Shown: positions 48,638-59,591 of the stretch, one piece after another
Numbering within the stretch: position 1 is the stretch's first letter
Layout: every line of letters begins with the position of its first letter
Notes under the pieces: generated by a model
Told to the model about the DNA's origin: nothing
Seen by the model: the letters and a program-made list of their open reading frames with translations, nothing else
The model's database searches: none
Position numbers and translations under genes: made by a program
Source: Leidyana gryllorum EB-2025a
Lineage: Eukaryota > Protista > Apicomplexa
Assembly: GCA_048772705.1 (NCBI GenBank)
Contig: JBLWGC010000047.1
Span: 1-64,000, forward strand
Direction: 5' to 3'
Length of the DNA stretch: 64,000 bases

Positions 48638-49804
48638 ATGAAGTTCTCCAGACCTCTTATCCTTACCGCAGTCTTGACTCTCAATGGACGTGCTGAGGAA
48701 GAGTGTTACCTCCCCATTGATGTGATGTTCCTTCAAGACACCACCGGTTCATTTGAAAAGGATCTCCCGATTGTGGTCGGTCAGATTGACGATATGGTGG
48801 CGGCAATCTTGGAACAGAACCCCGAGTCTTACTTTGGTGTGGCTGAGTTCAAAGACAAACCCTATTATCCCCTCGGCCAACAGGACTCTGACTTCTGTTA
48901 CAAACTCAATGGTGCGCTGACTGGCGAAGTTGCTACTTTCAAAGCCGATTACGACAAGCTGTACGCGTCCGGTGGCGGTGATCTCCCCGAGGCTCAATTC
49001 CAGGCTCTGATTGACATTGCTCAGGACCCCACTGTCGGATGGCACCCGATTGTCTCCGATACCCGCGCTGGCAATGGTGTTGGTGCTCACGTAGTCATCA
49101 TGTCCACTGATGCGCCTCCCCATCTACCGGGCGACATGGCGCTTCTCTCTCAATTTGAGACCGTCCCCCAGGGCCTCCCCGCCAACCTCGGCACTATCAG
49201 CAAGCCGGATGTCAACACTTCTTGCCGCAACTACGACTACCCGAGTGCAGACCAGATGGCCGCTGCACTGAAGGCGCAGAACATCTATCTGGCTATCCTC
49301 ACCCCCGCGTGGCAGAACATCACTTCGGCCTGGGAGTGGGTCAATGAGGATCTCCTCGGACAACCCTCCGACTTCTACCAATACATCGCGGAGGACTCCT
49401 CAGATATCATGTCGAGTGTTCTGAAGGTCATCAAGGCTGTCACTGAAACAGCGTGTGCTACCACCACTACCACCGCTGGACCCACCACCCCGGCGCCTTC
49501 GACCACAACCACCACCACCGCAACGACAACGGTAGCTCCGACCACCACCACTGCAACTACGACCACCACTGAGGCTCCAACCACTACTTCCACCACCACC
49601 ACAGCGACAACGACAAGTGCTGTGACCACTACCACCAGTACAGTGGCAAGCTCAACAACCACTACACAGGCTGAGTGCCACAACCCCTGTCCCCCTCATC
49701 CCGAGCCCTGCTGCCCGCATCCTCAGGACTGCTGTCCCGCCATGGTGGTCAAGATTGGGGAACGGGCCCAGAAGGTTCTGATTGATTATAAAGATGAACA
49801 ATGA
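48638..49804 (+). CDS. Secreted VWA / mucin protein, copy 3
   Basis: The ATG at 48638 gives signal peptide MKFSRPLILTAVLTLNGRA; same core. Confidence 0.9.
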   Translation: MKFSRPLILTAVLTLNGRAEEECYLPIDVMFLQDTTGSFEKDLPIVVGQIDDMVAAILEQNPESYFGVAEFKDKPYYPLGQQDSDFCYKLNGALTGEVATFKADYDKLYASGGGDLPEAQFQALIDIAQDPTVGWHPIVSDTRAGNGVGAHVVIMSTDAPPHLPGDMALLSQFETVPQGLPANLGTISKPDVNTSCRNYDYPSADQMAAALKAQNIYLAILTPAWQNITSAWEWVNEDLLGQPSDFYQYIAEDSSDIMSSVLKVIKAVTETACATTTTTAGPTTPAPSTTTTTTATTTVAPTTTTATTTTTEAPTTTSTTTTATTTSAVTTTTSTVASSTTTTQAECHNPCPPHPEPCCPHPQDCCPAMVVKIGERAQKVLIDYKDEQ

Positions 49805-50001
49805 ATTGTTTAGATAGCAAGACTTGAAATGTTAGTTAAGAAACTGAGAACCAGATCGAAAGATGCTTCTGTTCCGAGTCGTGAAGCGGCTCGAATGGTC
49901 AATAATGATATGTTTGGGGCCAGAGACGGTGGATCATCAATCTGACGCTGTAGACGAAAAGTAATAGATCACTACTTCTCTTGTGCATTTGACGTCAGAA
50001 G

Positions 50002-51342
50002 ATGAAGCTGGGCAACTTGTCTCTCGTCTGCGCTCTTTGCGTCGCCCATGCACAAGAAGAAGAATGTTACCTCCCCATCGATGTGATGTTCCTCCAAGAC
50101 ACCACCGGTTCATTTGAAAAGGATCTCCCGATTGTGGTCGGTCAGATCGACGATATGGTGGCGGCAATCTTAGAACAGAACCCCGAGTCTTACTTTGGTG
50201 TGGCTGAGTTCAAAGACAAACCCTATTATCCCCTCGGCCAACAGGGCTCTGACTTCTGTTACAAACTCAATGGTGCTCTAACGGACTCCGTCTCGACTTT
50301 CAAAGCCGATTACGACAAGCTGTACGCCTCCGGTGGCGGTGATCTTCCAGAAGCTCAGTTCCAGGCGCTGATTGACATTGCTCAGGACTCTAATGTCGGA
50401 TGGCACCCGATTGTCTCCGATACCCGCGCTGGCAATGGTGTTGGTGCTCACGTAGTCATCATGTCCACTGATGCGCCTCCGCATCTGCCGGGCGACATGG
50501 GACGGCTCTCTCAGTACGATACGGTTCCCCAAGATCTTCCAGATAACCTCGGCACTATCAGTCAGCCAGATGTCAACACCTCCTGTCGCGACTACGACTA
50601 CCCAAGTGCAATGCAAATGGCCAACGCGTTGAAGGCGCAGAACATCTATCTGGCCATCCTCACCCCCGCGTGGCAGAACATCACTTCGGCCTGGGAGTGG
50701 GTCAATGAGGATCTCCTCGAACAACCCTCCGACTTCTACCAATACATCGCGGAGGACTCCTCGGATATCATGTCGAGTGTTCTGAAGGTCATCAAGGCTG
50801 TCACTGAGACAGCCTGTGCTACCACCACTACCACCGCTGGACCCACCACCCCGGCGCCTTCGACCACAACCACTACCACCGCAGCCACCACTACGACAGC
50901 CACCACTACGACCCCGACCACTACAGCGACCACTACAACGACCCCAACCACTACAACGACAACCACCACCACTGAGGCCCCTAACACCACTACGACCACC
51001 ACCACCCCCGCAGCGACAACGACCACCACGACTGAGGCCCCGACCACTACCACAACGACCACCCCTACCACTACGACCACTACCACCGCCGCAGCGACAA
51101 CGACTACGACTACCACGACTGAGGCCCCTACCACCACTGAGGCCCCTACCACCACTACGACCACCCCTCAGCCCACTACGACTACAACTGCCGAGTCAAC
51201 AACCGCAACTGAGCCCCCTCACTGCTACGATCCCTGTCCTCCTCACCCGGAGCCGTGCTGCTTCCACCCTGCAATGGTGATTAAGGTCAACAACAGACCT
51301 CAGAAGTTGGTGATCGACTACGAGGCGCCCGTCTCAGCATGA
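50002..51342 (+). CDS. Secreted VWA / mucin protein, copy 4
   Basis: Same core with one divergent internal patch. Confidence 0.9.
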   Translation: MKLGNLSLVCALCVAHAQEEECYLPIDVMFLQDTTGSFEKDLPIVVGQIDDMVAAILEQNPESYFGVAEFKDKPYYPLGQQGSDFCYKLNGALTDSVSTFKADYDKLYASGGGDLPEAQFQALIDIAQDSNVGWHPIVSDTRAGNGVGAHVVIMSTDAPPHLPGDMGRLSQYDTVPQDLPDNLGTISQPDVNTSCRDYDYPSAMQMANALKAQNIYLAILTPAWQNITSAWEWVNEDLLEQPSDFYQYIAEDSSDIMSSVLKVIKAVTETACATTTTTAGPTTPAPSTTTTTTAATTTTATTTTPTTTATTTTTPTTTTTTTTTEAPNTTTTTTTPAATTTTTTEAPTTTTTTTPTTTTTTTAAATTTTTTTTEAPTTTEAPTTTTTTPQPTTTTTAESTTATEPPHCYDPCPPHPEPCCFHPAMVIKVNNRPQKLVIDYEAPVSA

Positions 51343-51595
51343 AGTCTGTCAATTGAAAAGAAGTTCTGTTCGGATTAGCTTAGTAGATCAAAAAGATGTA
51401 TAGTTTGAACAAACAACGCACAACTGAAATGTGTAGATGAAATCTCTGGGAACGTGACTCGCCTTACACTGGGCTGATCTAAGTTTGGGGCATCCCTGAC
51501 ACACAAAACTGCCCGAGTGGTTGTCAAGAATTTGAGGCAAGAATTCGTCTACTTCTTTCAAGTGTTCTTTTTAAGTTTCAATCTCTTTGTACACG

Positions 51596-53752
51596 ATGAA
51601 ATTGAATCTGCTTCCAATTGCTCTGATCGGAACGACCAGTGCGGAAGACAAATGTTTTCTTCCGATCGATGTGATGTTCTTACAAGATACCACTGGCTCT
51701 TTTAAAGAGGATCTGCCGTTAATCGTACGGCAGATCCCAGACATGGTGTCTGCGATATTGGAACAGAATCCTCATTCGTACTTTGGTGTGTCGGAATTCA
51801 AAGATAAGCCTTTTTACCCTCTTGCCGAACAAGATGATTTTTGCTATAAATTGAATGGACCCTTATCACAATCAATCGACAGATTCCAACAAGATTATTC
51901 TAAATTGTATGCTTCGGGTGGCGGAGATATTCCGGAAGCACACTACCAAGCGTTGATAGATGTGGCTCAGGACTCTGAGGTCGGCTGGCACCGCATCGTC
52001 GCCGATCCCAAGATTAGCGATGGGGTAGGGGCCCGTGTCATCATCATGTCGACAGACGCCCCCCCTCACCTGCCTGGAGACATGGCCAAGTTGTCAATGT
52101 ATGACACGGTGCCCCAAGGACTCCCGGCCAATCTCGGAAGAATCAGTTTGCCCGACCCCGGCGTTTCGTGTCGCGAGTACGATTTCCCCAGCCCAGCTCA
52201 GGTCGCCCAAGCTCTCAAGGATGAACACATCTACCTGGCAATCCTAACTCCCGCGTGGCAGAACATCACCGGCGCCTGGAAGTGGGTGAATGAAGATCTC
52301 CTCGGTCAACCAGCTGACTTTTATCAATTCATAAACGAGGACTCGTCGGATATGTTGGATGGTGTGATGCGAGTTCTCAAATCGGTCACAGAGACAGCTT
52401 GTGCCTCGCCTTACGAAGAAACCACTCCGACTCCTACAACCCTCTGGAGCACACCGAGCACAACTACCGAGGGCACTCGACTGACCTCTATCGGTGCCAC
52501 CAGCTCGGCAGAGGGAACCCGCGTTACCTCTGGAGGGACCATCGGAAGCGAGACGGTTGATACTGGAATCACTGGAACCACCACTACTGGCTTCGGAACC
52601 AAGTTGACCTCTATCGGTGCCACCAGCTCGGCAGAGGGCACTCGACTGACCTCTATCGGTGCCACCAGCTCGGCAGAGGGAACCCACGTTACCTCTGGAG
52701 GGACCATCGGAAGCGAGACGGTTGATACTGGAATCACTGGAACCACCACTACTGGCTTCGGAACCAAGTTGACCTCTATCGGTGCCACCAGCTCGGCAGA
52801 GGGAACCCGCGTTACCTCTGGAGGGACCATCGGAAGCGAGACGGTTGATACTGGAATCACTGGAACCACCACTACTGGCTTCGGAACCAAGTTGACCTCT
52901 ATCGGTGCCACCAGCTCGGCAGAGGGCACTCGACTGACCTCTATCGGTGCCACCAGCTCGGCAGAGGGAACCCGCGTTACCTCTGGAGGGACCATCGGAA
53001 GCGAGACGGTTGATACTGGAATCACTGGAACCACCACTACTGGCTTCGGAACCAAGTTGACCTCTATCGGTGCCACCAGCTCGGCAGAGGGCACTCGACT
53101 GACCTCTATCGGTGCCACCAGCTCGGCAGAGGGAACCCGCGTTACCTCTGGAGGGACCATCGGAAGCGAGACGGTTGATACTGGAATCACTGGAACCACC
53201 ACTACTGGCTTCGGAACCAAGTTGACCTCTATCGGTGCCACCAGCTCGGCAGAGGGAACCCGCGTTACCTCTGGAGGGACCATCGGAAGCGAGACGGTTG
53301 ATACTGGAATCACTGGAACCACCACTACTGGCTTCGGAACCAAGTTGACCTCTATCGGTGCCACCAGCTCGGCAGAGGGAACCCGCGTTACCTCTGGAGG
53401 GACCATCGGAAGCGAGACGGTTGATACTGGAATCACTGGAACCACCACTACTGGCTTCGGAACCAAGTTGACCTCTTTGGGCGGACCGACTGAGGTCGAC
53501 CCCCTTTCGACAACCACAAGTCTGCGAGTGGACACACGTGGAACTTCAACAATTCCCAGCCTCACTGGGGAGCCTGCCGGGTCGATGCCCACATTGGATG
53601 TGACAGCTCCTGAGTGTAACACGTGTCTGCCGGGGTATCCCGAGCCTTGTTGCCCGCATCCGCATTGCTGTCCTGCAGTGGTGATACAATTAAGCCAACG
53701 ACCCAAGAAGGTATTGTTTGAATTCGCGGATCATACATTAGCTGGAAAATGA
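51596..53752 (+). CDS. Secreted VWA protein, copy 5 (divergent, with a G/T/S tandem-repeat stalk)
   Basis: MKLNLLPIALIGTTSA signal peptide; homologous VWA; 42/123-bp repeats; Cys-rich tail. Confidence 0.9.
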   Translation: MKLNLLPIALIGTTSAEDKCFLPIDVMFLQDTTGSFKEDLPLIVRQIPDMVSAILEQNPHSYFGVSEFKDKPFYPLAEQDDFCYKLNGPLSQSIDRFQQDYSKLYASGGGDIPEAHYQALIDVAQDSEVGWHRIVADPKISDGVGARVIIMSTDAPPHLPGDMAKLSMYDTVPQGLPANLGRISLPDPGVSCREYDFPSPAQVAQALKDEHIYLAILTPAWQNITGAWKWVNEDLLGQPADFYQFINEDSSDMLDGVMRVLKSVTETACASPYEETTPTPTTLWSTPSTTTEGTRLTSIGATSSAEGTRVTSGGTIGSETVDTGITGTTTTGFGTKLTSIGATSSAEGTRLTSIGATSSAEGTHVTSGGTIGSETVDTGITGTTTTGFGTKLTSIGATSSAEGTRVTSGGTIGSETVDTGITGTTTTGFGTKLTSIGATSSAEGTRLTSIGATSSAEGTRVTSGGTIGSETVDTGITGTTTTGFGTKLTSIGATSSAEGTRLTSIGATSSAEGTRVTSGGTIGSETVDTGITGTTTTGFGTKLTSIGATSSAEGTRVTSGGTIGSETVDTGITGTTTTGFGTKLTSIGATSSAEGTRVTSGGTIGSETVDTGITGTTTTGFGTKLTSLGGPTEVDPLSTTTSLRVDTRGTSTIPSLTGEPAGSMPTLDVTAPECNTCLPGYPEPCCPHPHCCPAVVIQLSQRPKKVLFEFADHTLAGK
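52469..53476 (+). repeat. Coding minisatellite of 42-bp (14 aa) and 123-bp (41 aa) units
   Basis: Unit starts at 52469, 52511, 52676, 52799 and onward; order S-L-S-L-L-S-L-S-L-L-L(partial). Confidence 0.95.
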
Positions 53753-53970
53753 GTCATTTGAGTGGCTGACTTAGCACGGAAGCGAAGGTGTTGACTTCGA
53801 CTTTTGAATTCGGAATTAGGCTGGATCGACTTTGAGACATATTGTGCACACCGGAGCATCTCGTGCTCTGGTGAACCTTTGCATTCAGAGAAGAGATAAA
53901 GGAGACAAGGGCTTATAGGAGACGGGTCTCATTGGCATAGACAGATTGGTTTTTTTTGCTGTGTTGAGTG

Positions 53971-56900
53971 ATGATGGACACTTCAACCACGAATGAGCAA
54001 TCACCTACAACTGGTCAGGGGAGTTTCAAGAGGAGAGACGCTCTGCTCGAGTACCAAAGGGAGGTAGAGAAGATTTGGGAAGAGCGTAAGCCTTTTGAGG
54101 TTGAAGCTGACCCCACCAAGACGGATGAAACCTTCTTCGTCACGTTCCCATTCCCCTACATGAATGGTCGTCTCCACCTTGGGCATGCGTTCTCACTGAC
54201 CAAAGCCGAGTTTACAGCTCGCTATCAACGCCTTCTGGGCAAAAGGGTGTTGTGGCCTTTCGCTTTCCACTGCACCGGTATGCCCATCGCTGCCTGTGCT
54301 GACAAGTTGAGGAACGAATTGGAGGATGCCGCCGCTGGTGGCCCGAAGAGGGTTGATGTGGGAGAGGAGGAGGCCGCCGAAGTCGAACTGACAGCGAATG
54401 TTACTTTCGCGGGGAGAAAGTCGAAGGCCGTAGCCAAGACTGGCACGGGGAAAACACAGTGGGAGATTTTGAAGGACATTGGTGTCCCGACTGAGGAGAT
54501 TCCCAAGTTTGCTGATGCATCTCATTGGCTGAAGTATTTCCCCCCCATCGGAAAAGCCGACTTGAAATCCTTTGGGGTCTCAGCCGACTGGCGTCGCTCT
54601 TTCATCACCACTGACGTCAATCCGTATTTCGACCGGTTTGTCAAATGGCAATATCGACTGCTGCTCGAACGTGGTCGAGTCAAGTTTGGGCTGAGACCGG
54701 CTGTATTCTCTCGGTAAGATTATGAAAAGAGAGACTCGGTGTAATCTGCTTTCGCCGCCTGCAGAATAGACAATCAGCCATGCGCTGACCACGATCGTGC
54801 TGCTGGTGAGGGGTCCAACCCTCAGGAGTACACAATGCTCAAGCTCACTGTGTCTGAGGTCCCGGAAGAGTGGATTCAGAAGTGTCCGCAACTGAAGGGA
54901 GCTCGAATTCATCTCGTTGCTGCGACGTTGAGGCCAGAGACAATGTACGCACAAACCAACTGTTTTGTTCTGCCGTCGGGTGTGTACCACGTGGTACCCG
55001 CTTTCGAGCGTCAACTTGACATGAAGGATATCGTTGCGGACCAGAAGGGCTACGTGGCCGTCAAAACGTTGACAGCAGACGAGGTGAAGGAGCAGTGCAA
55101 GGACTACTATGTCTGCTCTGAGCGAAGTGCTGCCAATATGGTTTATCAGGGTATAATTCCAGCTGCTCCCGTGAAGATGCCATGCGTCTACTCTGAGCCA
55201 CACGTACTCTTCGATGTCACTGGGAAGGAGCTCATCGGTCTTCCCCTCAAGGCACCTCTCGCCCAATATGAGTCTATCTACGTTCTCCCGTTGCCCACCA
55301 TCAAGATGGACAAGGGAAGCGGCGTGGTAACGTCTGTTCCGTCGGACGCTCCCGATGACTACGCCATGCTCAAGGACTTGCAGACCAAAGCAAAGCTGCG
55401 TGAAGAGTACGGTGTCAAGGAAGAGTGGTGCAACAGAGACCTCGTTGAAGTCATTGAGATCCCCGGTTACGGACGACGGGCGGCCGCCGACCTGTGTGAG
55501 AAAGCTAAGGTCTCGAGCTACAAGGATGAGACTAAGCTCAAAGCCATCAAGGACGAAGTCTACCAGAAAGGTTTCTATGAGGGAGTTATGCTTTTGGGTC
55601 AGTATGCGGGCATTCCAGTCACCGAAGCCAAAGATAAAGTCAAGGCTGATCTGATTGAGCAAGGGAGCGCCATCCGCTACATGGAGCCAGAGCGCAAAGT
55701 TCTGTCTCGTTCCGGAGACGACTGCGTAGTCGCTCTCTGTAACCAATGGTACAGCGACTTTGGCAACCCCGAATGGACTGCAATGGTCGTCAAACATGTG
55801 GAGAACCCCGAAACCTTCGAGGCATACGGTCAGCGCTCTGCTTACGTCAACGTCGCGAACTGGCTGGAGGGCTGGGCGTGTTCCCGTAACTACGGATTGG
55901 GCACTGTGCTCCCCTGGGAAGCTGAGCAGGGAAACAGAGTGCTCATTGAGTCTCTATCCGACTCAACTATCTACTTCGCCTACTACACTGTGTCCCACTT
56001 CTTCCAGTCAGATATGTACGGCGCGACTGCTGGATCTATGAACATCAAACCGGAGCACCTTCGTGATGCCGAGTTCAACTACATCTTCTGTCAGACTGAT
56101 GAAATGCCGGCTGACAGCGAAATCAGTCAAGAGAATCTCAAAACACTCCGTAGCGCGTTCGAGTACTGGTATCCGATGAGCCTCCGTGTTAGTGGCAAGG
56201 ATTTGGTGCCTAACCATCTCACAATGGCACTCTTCCACCACGCAGCGATTTGGCCCCACCGCCCCGATCTGTGGCCTCGTGGATACTACGTGAACGGTCA
56301 TCTGCTTCTTGATGATCAGAAGATGTCCAAATCCACTGGGAACTTCCTGACTGTCTCTGACTCTGTACAACAATATGGAGCAGATGCCACTCGTTTGGCT
56401 TTGGCTGAAGCGGGAGACAACGTGGATGACGCCAACTTTAGAACCACCACCGCAAACGGATGTCTGATGAAGTTGTATGTTCTCGTTCAGTACGCTCAGG
56501 ATCTGGTCAAGAAGAAGGAAGCTGGAACTTTGTACACCGGTCCGAAGCGCACCATTGATTTGATGTTCGAGAACGAATGCATTGATCGCATCATCAAAGC
56601 GAAACAAGCCTTTGACGGTATGGTGATGCGTGACGCTCTCAAGTTTGGTGTTTATGAGCTCAACTCGTTGAAAGATACTTACCGCCTCATGCTGCCTGTG
56701 ACTGAAGAGGTCCACCAGGAATCCATCTTCAAGTGGTTGGAGTGGTTGACCATCGTGGCATCCCCGATCGCCTGCTTCACAATGGAGTACATCAACACAG
56801 TGGTGCTGAAGAAGGAGCTCTCCATCACCAAAGCACTGTGGCCCGATGTCAAGGACGGGTTTGATGGCAGTCTGCACAGGAAATACCAACTGTTGATTGA

Positions 56901-57399
56901 TTTTGCCGAAGACCAACGGAGAGCGTTGGAGAAACAGAGTGCCCCCAAGAAGGGCAAGGGAGGAGCGGAGCCCGAGAAGAAGGCTCAGATGGAGAAAATG
57001 ACAGTGTACGTGGCGGCTGCCTACCTGCCGTGGCAGCAGGAGGTGCTGAAGGTTCTGCAGACTCTGGAGGTCGACGAGACTACCAATACGCCGAAAGACC
57101 CGAAATACATAGAGGTCGTGAAAAATGCCGAGAGTGTGAAAGCGATGGACAACAAGACAATGAAATTGGCATTGGGTTTCGCATCCTTCCAAATCAAGGA
57201 GGAGCTGAGACTACGTGGAGTATCGGCCTTGTCTCTCGAACTGGGATTCGACGAAGCCGATTGGTACAAACAGAACGAAGAGTACTTATTGAGAGTCATT
57301 GGACTAAAGGAAATGCACGTGGTACCGTGGACCGAAAGTATGTTGAACGAGACCAAGAAAGCAGCTACTCCAGGAAAGCCTATCGTATTGTTCAGCTAG
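53971..57399 (+). CDS. LARS: Cytosolic leucyl-tRNA synthetase (intron 54714-54764)
   Basis: FPYMNGRLHLGH, QPCADHDR across the splice, ATLRPETMY, GVVTSVPSDAPDDY, KMSKS. Confidence 0.97.
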
Positions 57400-59391
57400 A
57401 TAATGTCGCTATATTTGGGGTTCTCCCAAAAGTACATCATGGCTACGAAAGACACAACGTAGTGGTTGCCCACCCAAACCAACGAAGAGAGTGGCTCACC
57501 GATAACAACATAAGCAGTGAGGAGAATGGACCCCTCAAGCCAGTTGGAGTACCCGTCCTGCAAAATGCTGCACAGACAGAGAGAATTAACGCGAGTCCAC
57601 CGAGTACCGCCCGCACGTACCCGGCAACGACAAGTACGGCGATCAGTAAGATTAGGCACTCAAAGGCGTGGAGATTGAGGGACATTGGTTGACCAACTGC
57701 CCAACCCATCAGCACTGTGACTGGTGTGACGAACAACAACATTTGGCAACTCGATCCTGCAGGAAGGTGATGAGTGACACAGAGAGAGAGAGAGAGAGAC
57801 AGAGGGCATATATAGATCTCTGAAAGATTACTCACCCACAGCACAACCGAGTGATAGATCCATCTTGTTGTTCAACGCAACGATAACTGATGTATAGTGT
57901 TCAGCAGCGTTCCCAATTATTGGCAGCAATATAATTCCAATGAACTCTTTACTCAAGTCAAGCCGGGCGACCACGCCCGATATGCTGGAGATCAAATATT
58001 CCGAGTTCATCGTACACAGTACTGTGCACACTGCCAAGACCCCGCAAGCGGTGGTCATCGTTATGTCACCATCGTCGTCCCCTTCTTCATTGAATAGCCA
58101 GCTGTGCGTCCCTAGTTGGAACACCATGTACTGAGACAACAACGCATCATGGTACCAAGGCCAAGGCCGAGCCTCCTCGTACCTGGAGATAAACACCGAC
58201 CAAGAGAAAAGAGATCATTCGGGAGGCGTGAAGAACCTCATCTTGGGAGGAACCCGATAGAACCGCTACATACCTGGTGACAGGTGTGTGACCCGGTTTG
58301 GAGGGGTCAGAAGCTTACATTGTGGGTAAACTAGCACAGAATATGCCGAGGAGGAGGAGGGAAGAGCTTGTTGAGGCTCCGATCGCACTGAATTGTTGGA
58401 TCTGTGCGATGGGGGGAGGAGACGGCGATTGCGCGGAACCAAGGAGACACGGCGAGCGATTACCTTGTACTTCAGACCACCGAATAGAAAAGCACAGCCA
58501 GTGACTAAGAGCAAATTTGACAGAATTGAGCCGATCAGTGTGCACCGGACGACGACGATCTCGCCCTGCAACAACAGGACAATCTAATGACGGAGAGCGG
58601 AGAAGAAGACGAAGCGACTGTTACAGCAGCAGGCAAGAGACACAGCTCTCTCTGTGTGCACCACATTGTCGGTCCCGGGCTCACCTGGCGGAGACCGGCG
58701 ATACAAAGTAACATTTCGACGATATTACCGAACCAGGCATTCAACAAACCGCCAATGATACTATTGGTGCTGGCAGCCAAATCTTCGGTAGCTTTGCCCA
58801 TGATCCAAGCCTGGGGAACGATGGCGAGGAAATTCAACCAAAATACAGCGACAGGTCTGCGCGACAAAGAGAGAGATCGATTACGAGGGGGGGGGCCGAG
58901 TGAGGGGGAGCGAGCGAGGGAGGGCCGAGTGAGGGAGTAACAGAGATCGTCGACAACGGAACGGGGCCGGGAAGAGGCCAAGTGACTGACACTTACCCCA
59001 TGTTAAGATGGTAAGCTCCGATACCAAGGGGAATAAAGATGAACATCCATGAGATCATCCATGTTTGACGTAGGACACCCAGCAGGCCAATGGGCGCTTG
59101 GGTCGACGATCCTCCCCCCTTCTGACTACTCAGAGCTCGTGACGCCTTCCGGAGGGACTGTTTGGAGGCCAGAGAAGAGCTCAGTTGGGTTTGAGGCTGT
59201 TCTGTTTCCCATGCGGCCGCCTTTGCCCGCCGTCGCCGTTTGTTGGCGGTAGAAGCAGTGCCCGCAGATTCTAAGTCATGTTGTGTATGCCATTGGGACG
59301 AGTTGAGGAGTGATTGGCTGAGAAACTGCTGTGGCGACGACGTGGGCGAACCGGTAGGGTGGGCGCCCCCGGCCAAGGGCGACAACCTCAT
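57396..59391 (-). CDS. CAX: Ca2+/H+ antiporter (CAX/VCX1 family; multi-exon)
   Basis: GGLLNAWFGNIVE, GSILSNLLLVTG, LPIIGNAAEH, DGYSNWLEG. Confidence 0.93.
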
Positions 59392-59591
59392 GGTGGGTCT
59401 GATATTTTCGGGTTGTTTTATCTAATCTGGTACATATCTGCAAACTTAATCACGGGGGCATCAGATTATTTAGATCGATCACTGTTGACATGTTACACTA
59501 CGGACTTGGGATGTGGGGCAAAAATTGGCCAAATCGATTAGATTTTTCCGTGGTGTTCTCCCCCTTGTGTCCCTACGACTAACCGTTAATT

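Noticed and set aside
52469-53476. CRISPR-like repeat array
   Set aside because: The intervening sequences are identical, the array is in frame within a CDS, and the context is eukaryotic.
46344-53706. Val-rich antisense and Pro/Leu/Arg-rich alternate-frame ORFs
   Set aside because: By-products of ACN-codon repeats in the mucin stalks.
54580-57192. Long antisense ORFs (405 and 394 aa) opposite LeuRS, and similar ones opposite LysRS and the META gene
   Set aside because: Codon bias in highly expressed genes depletes antisense stops; the products have no recognisable features.
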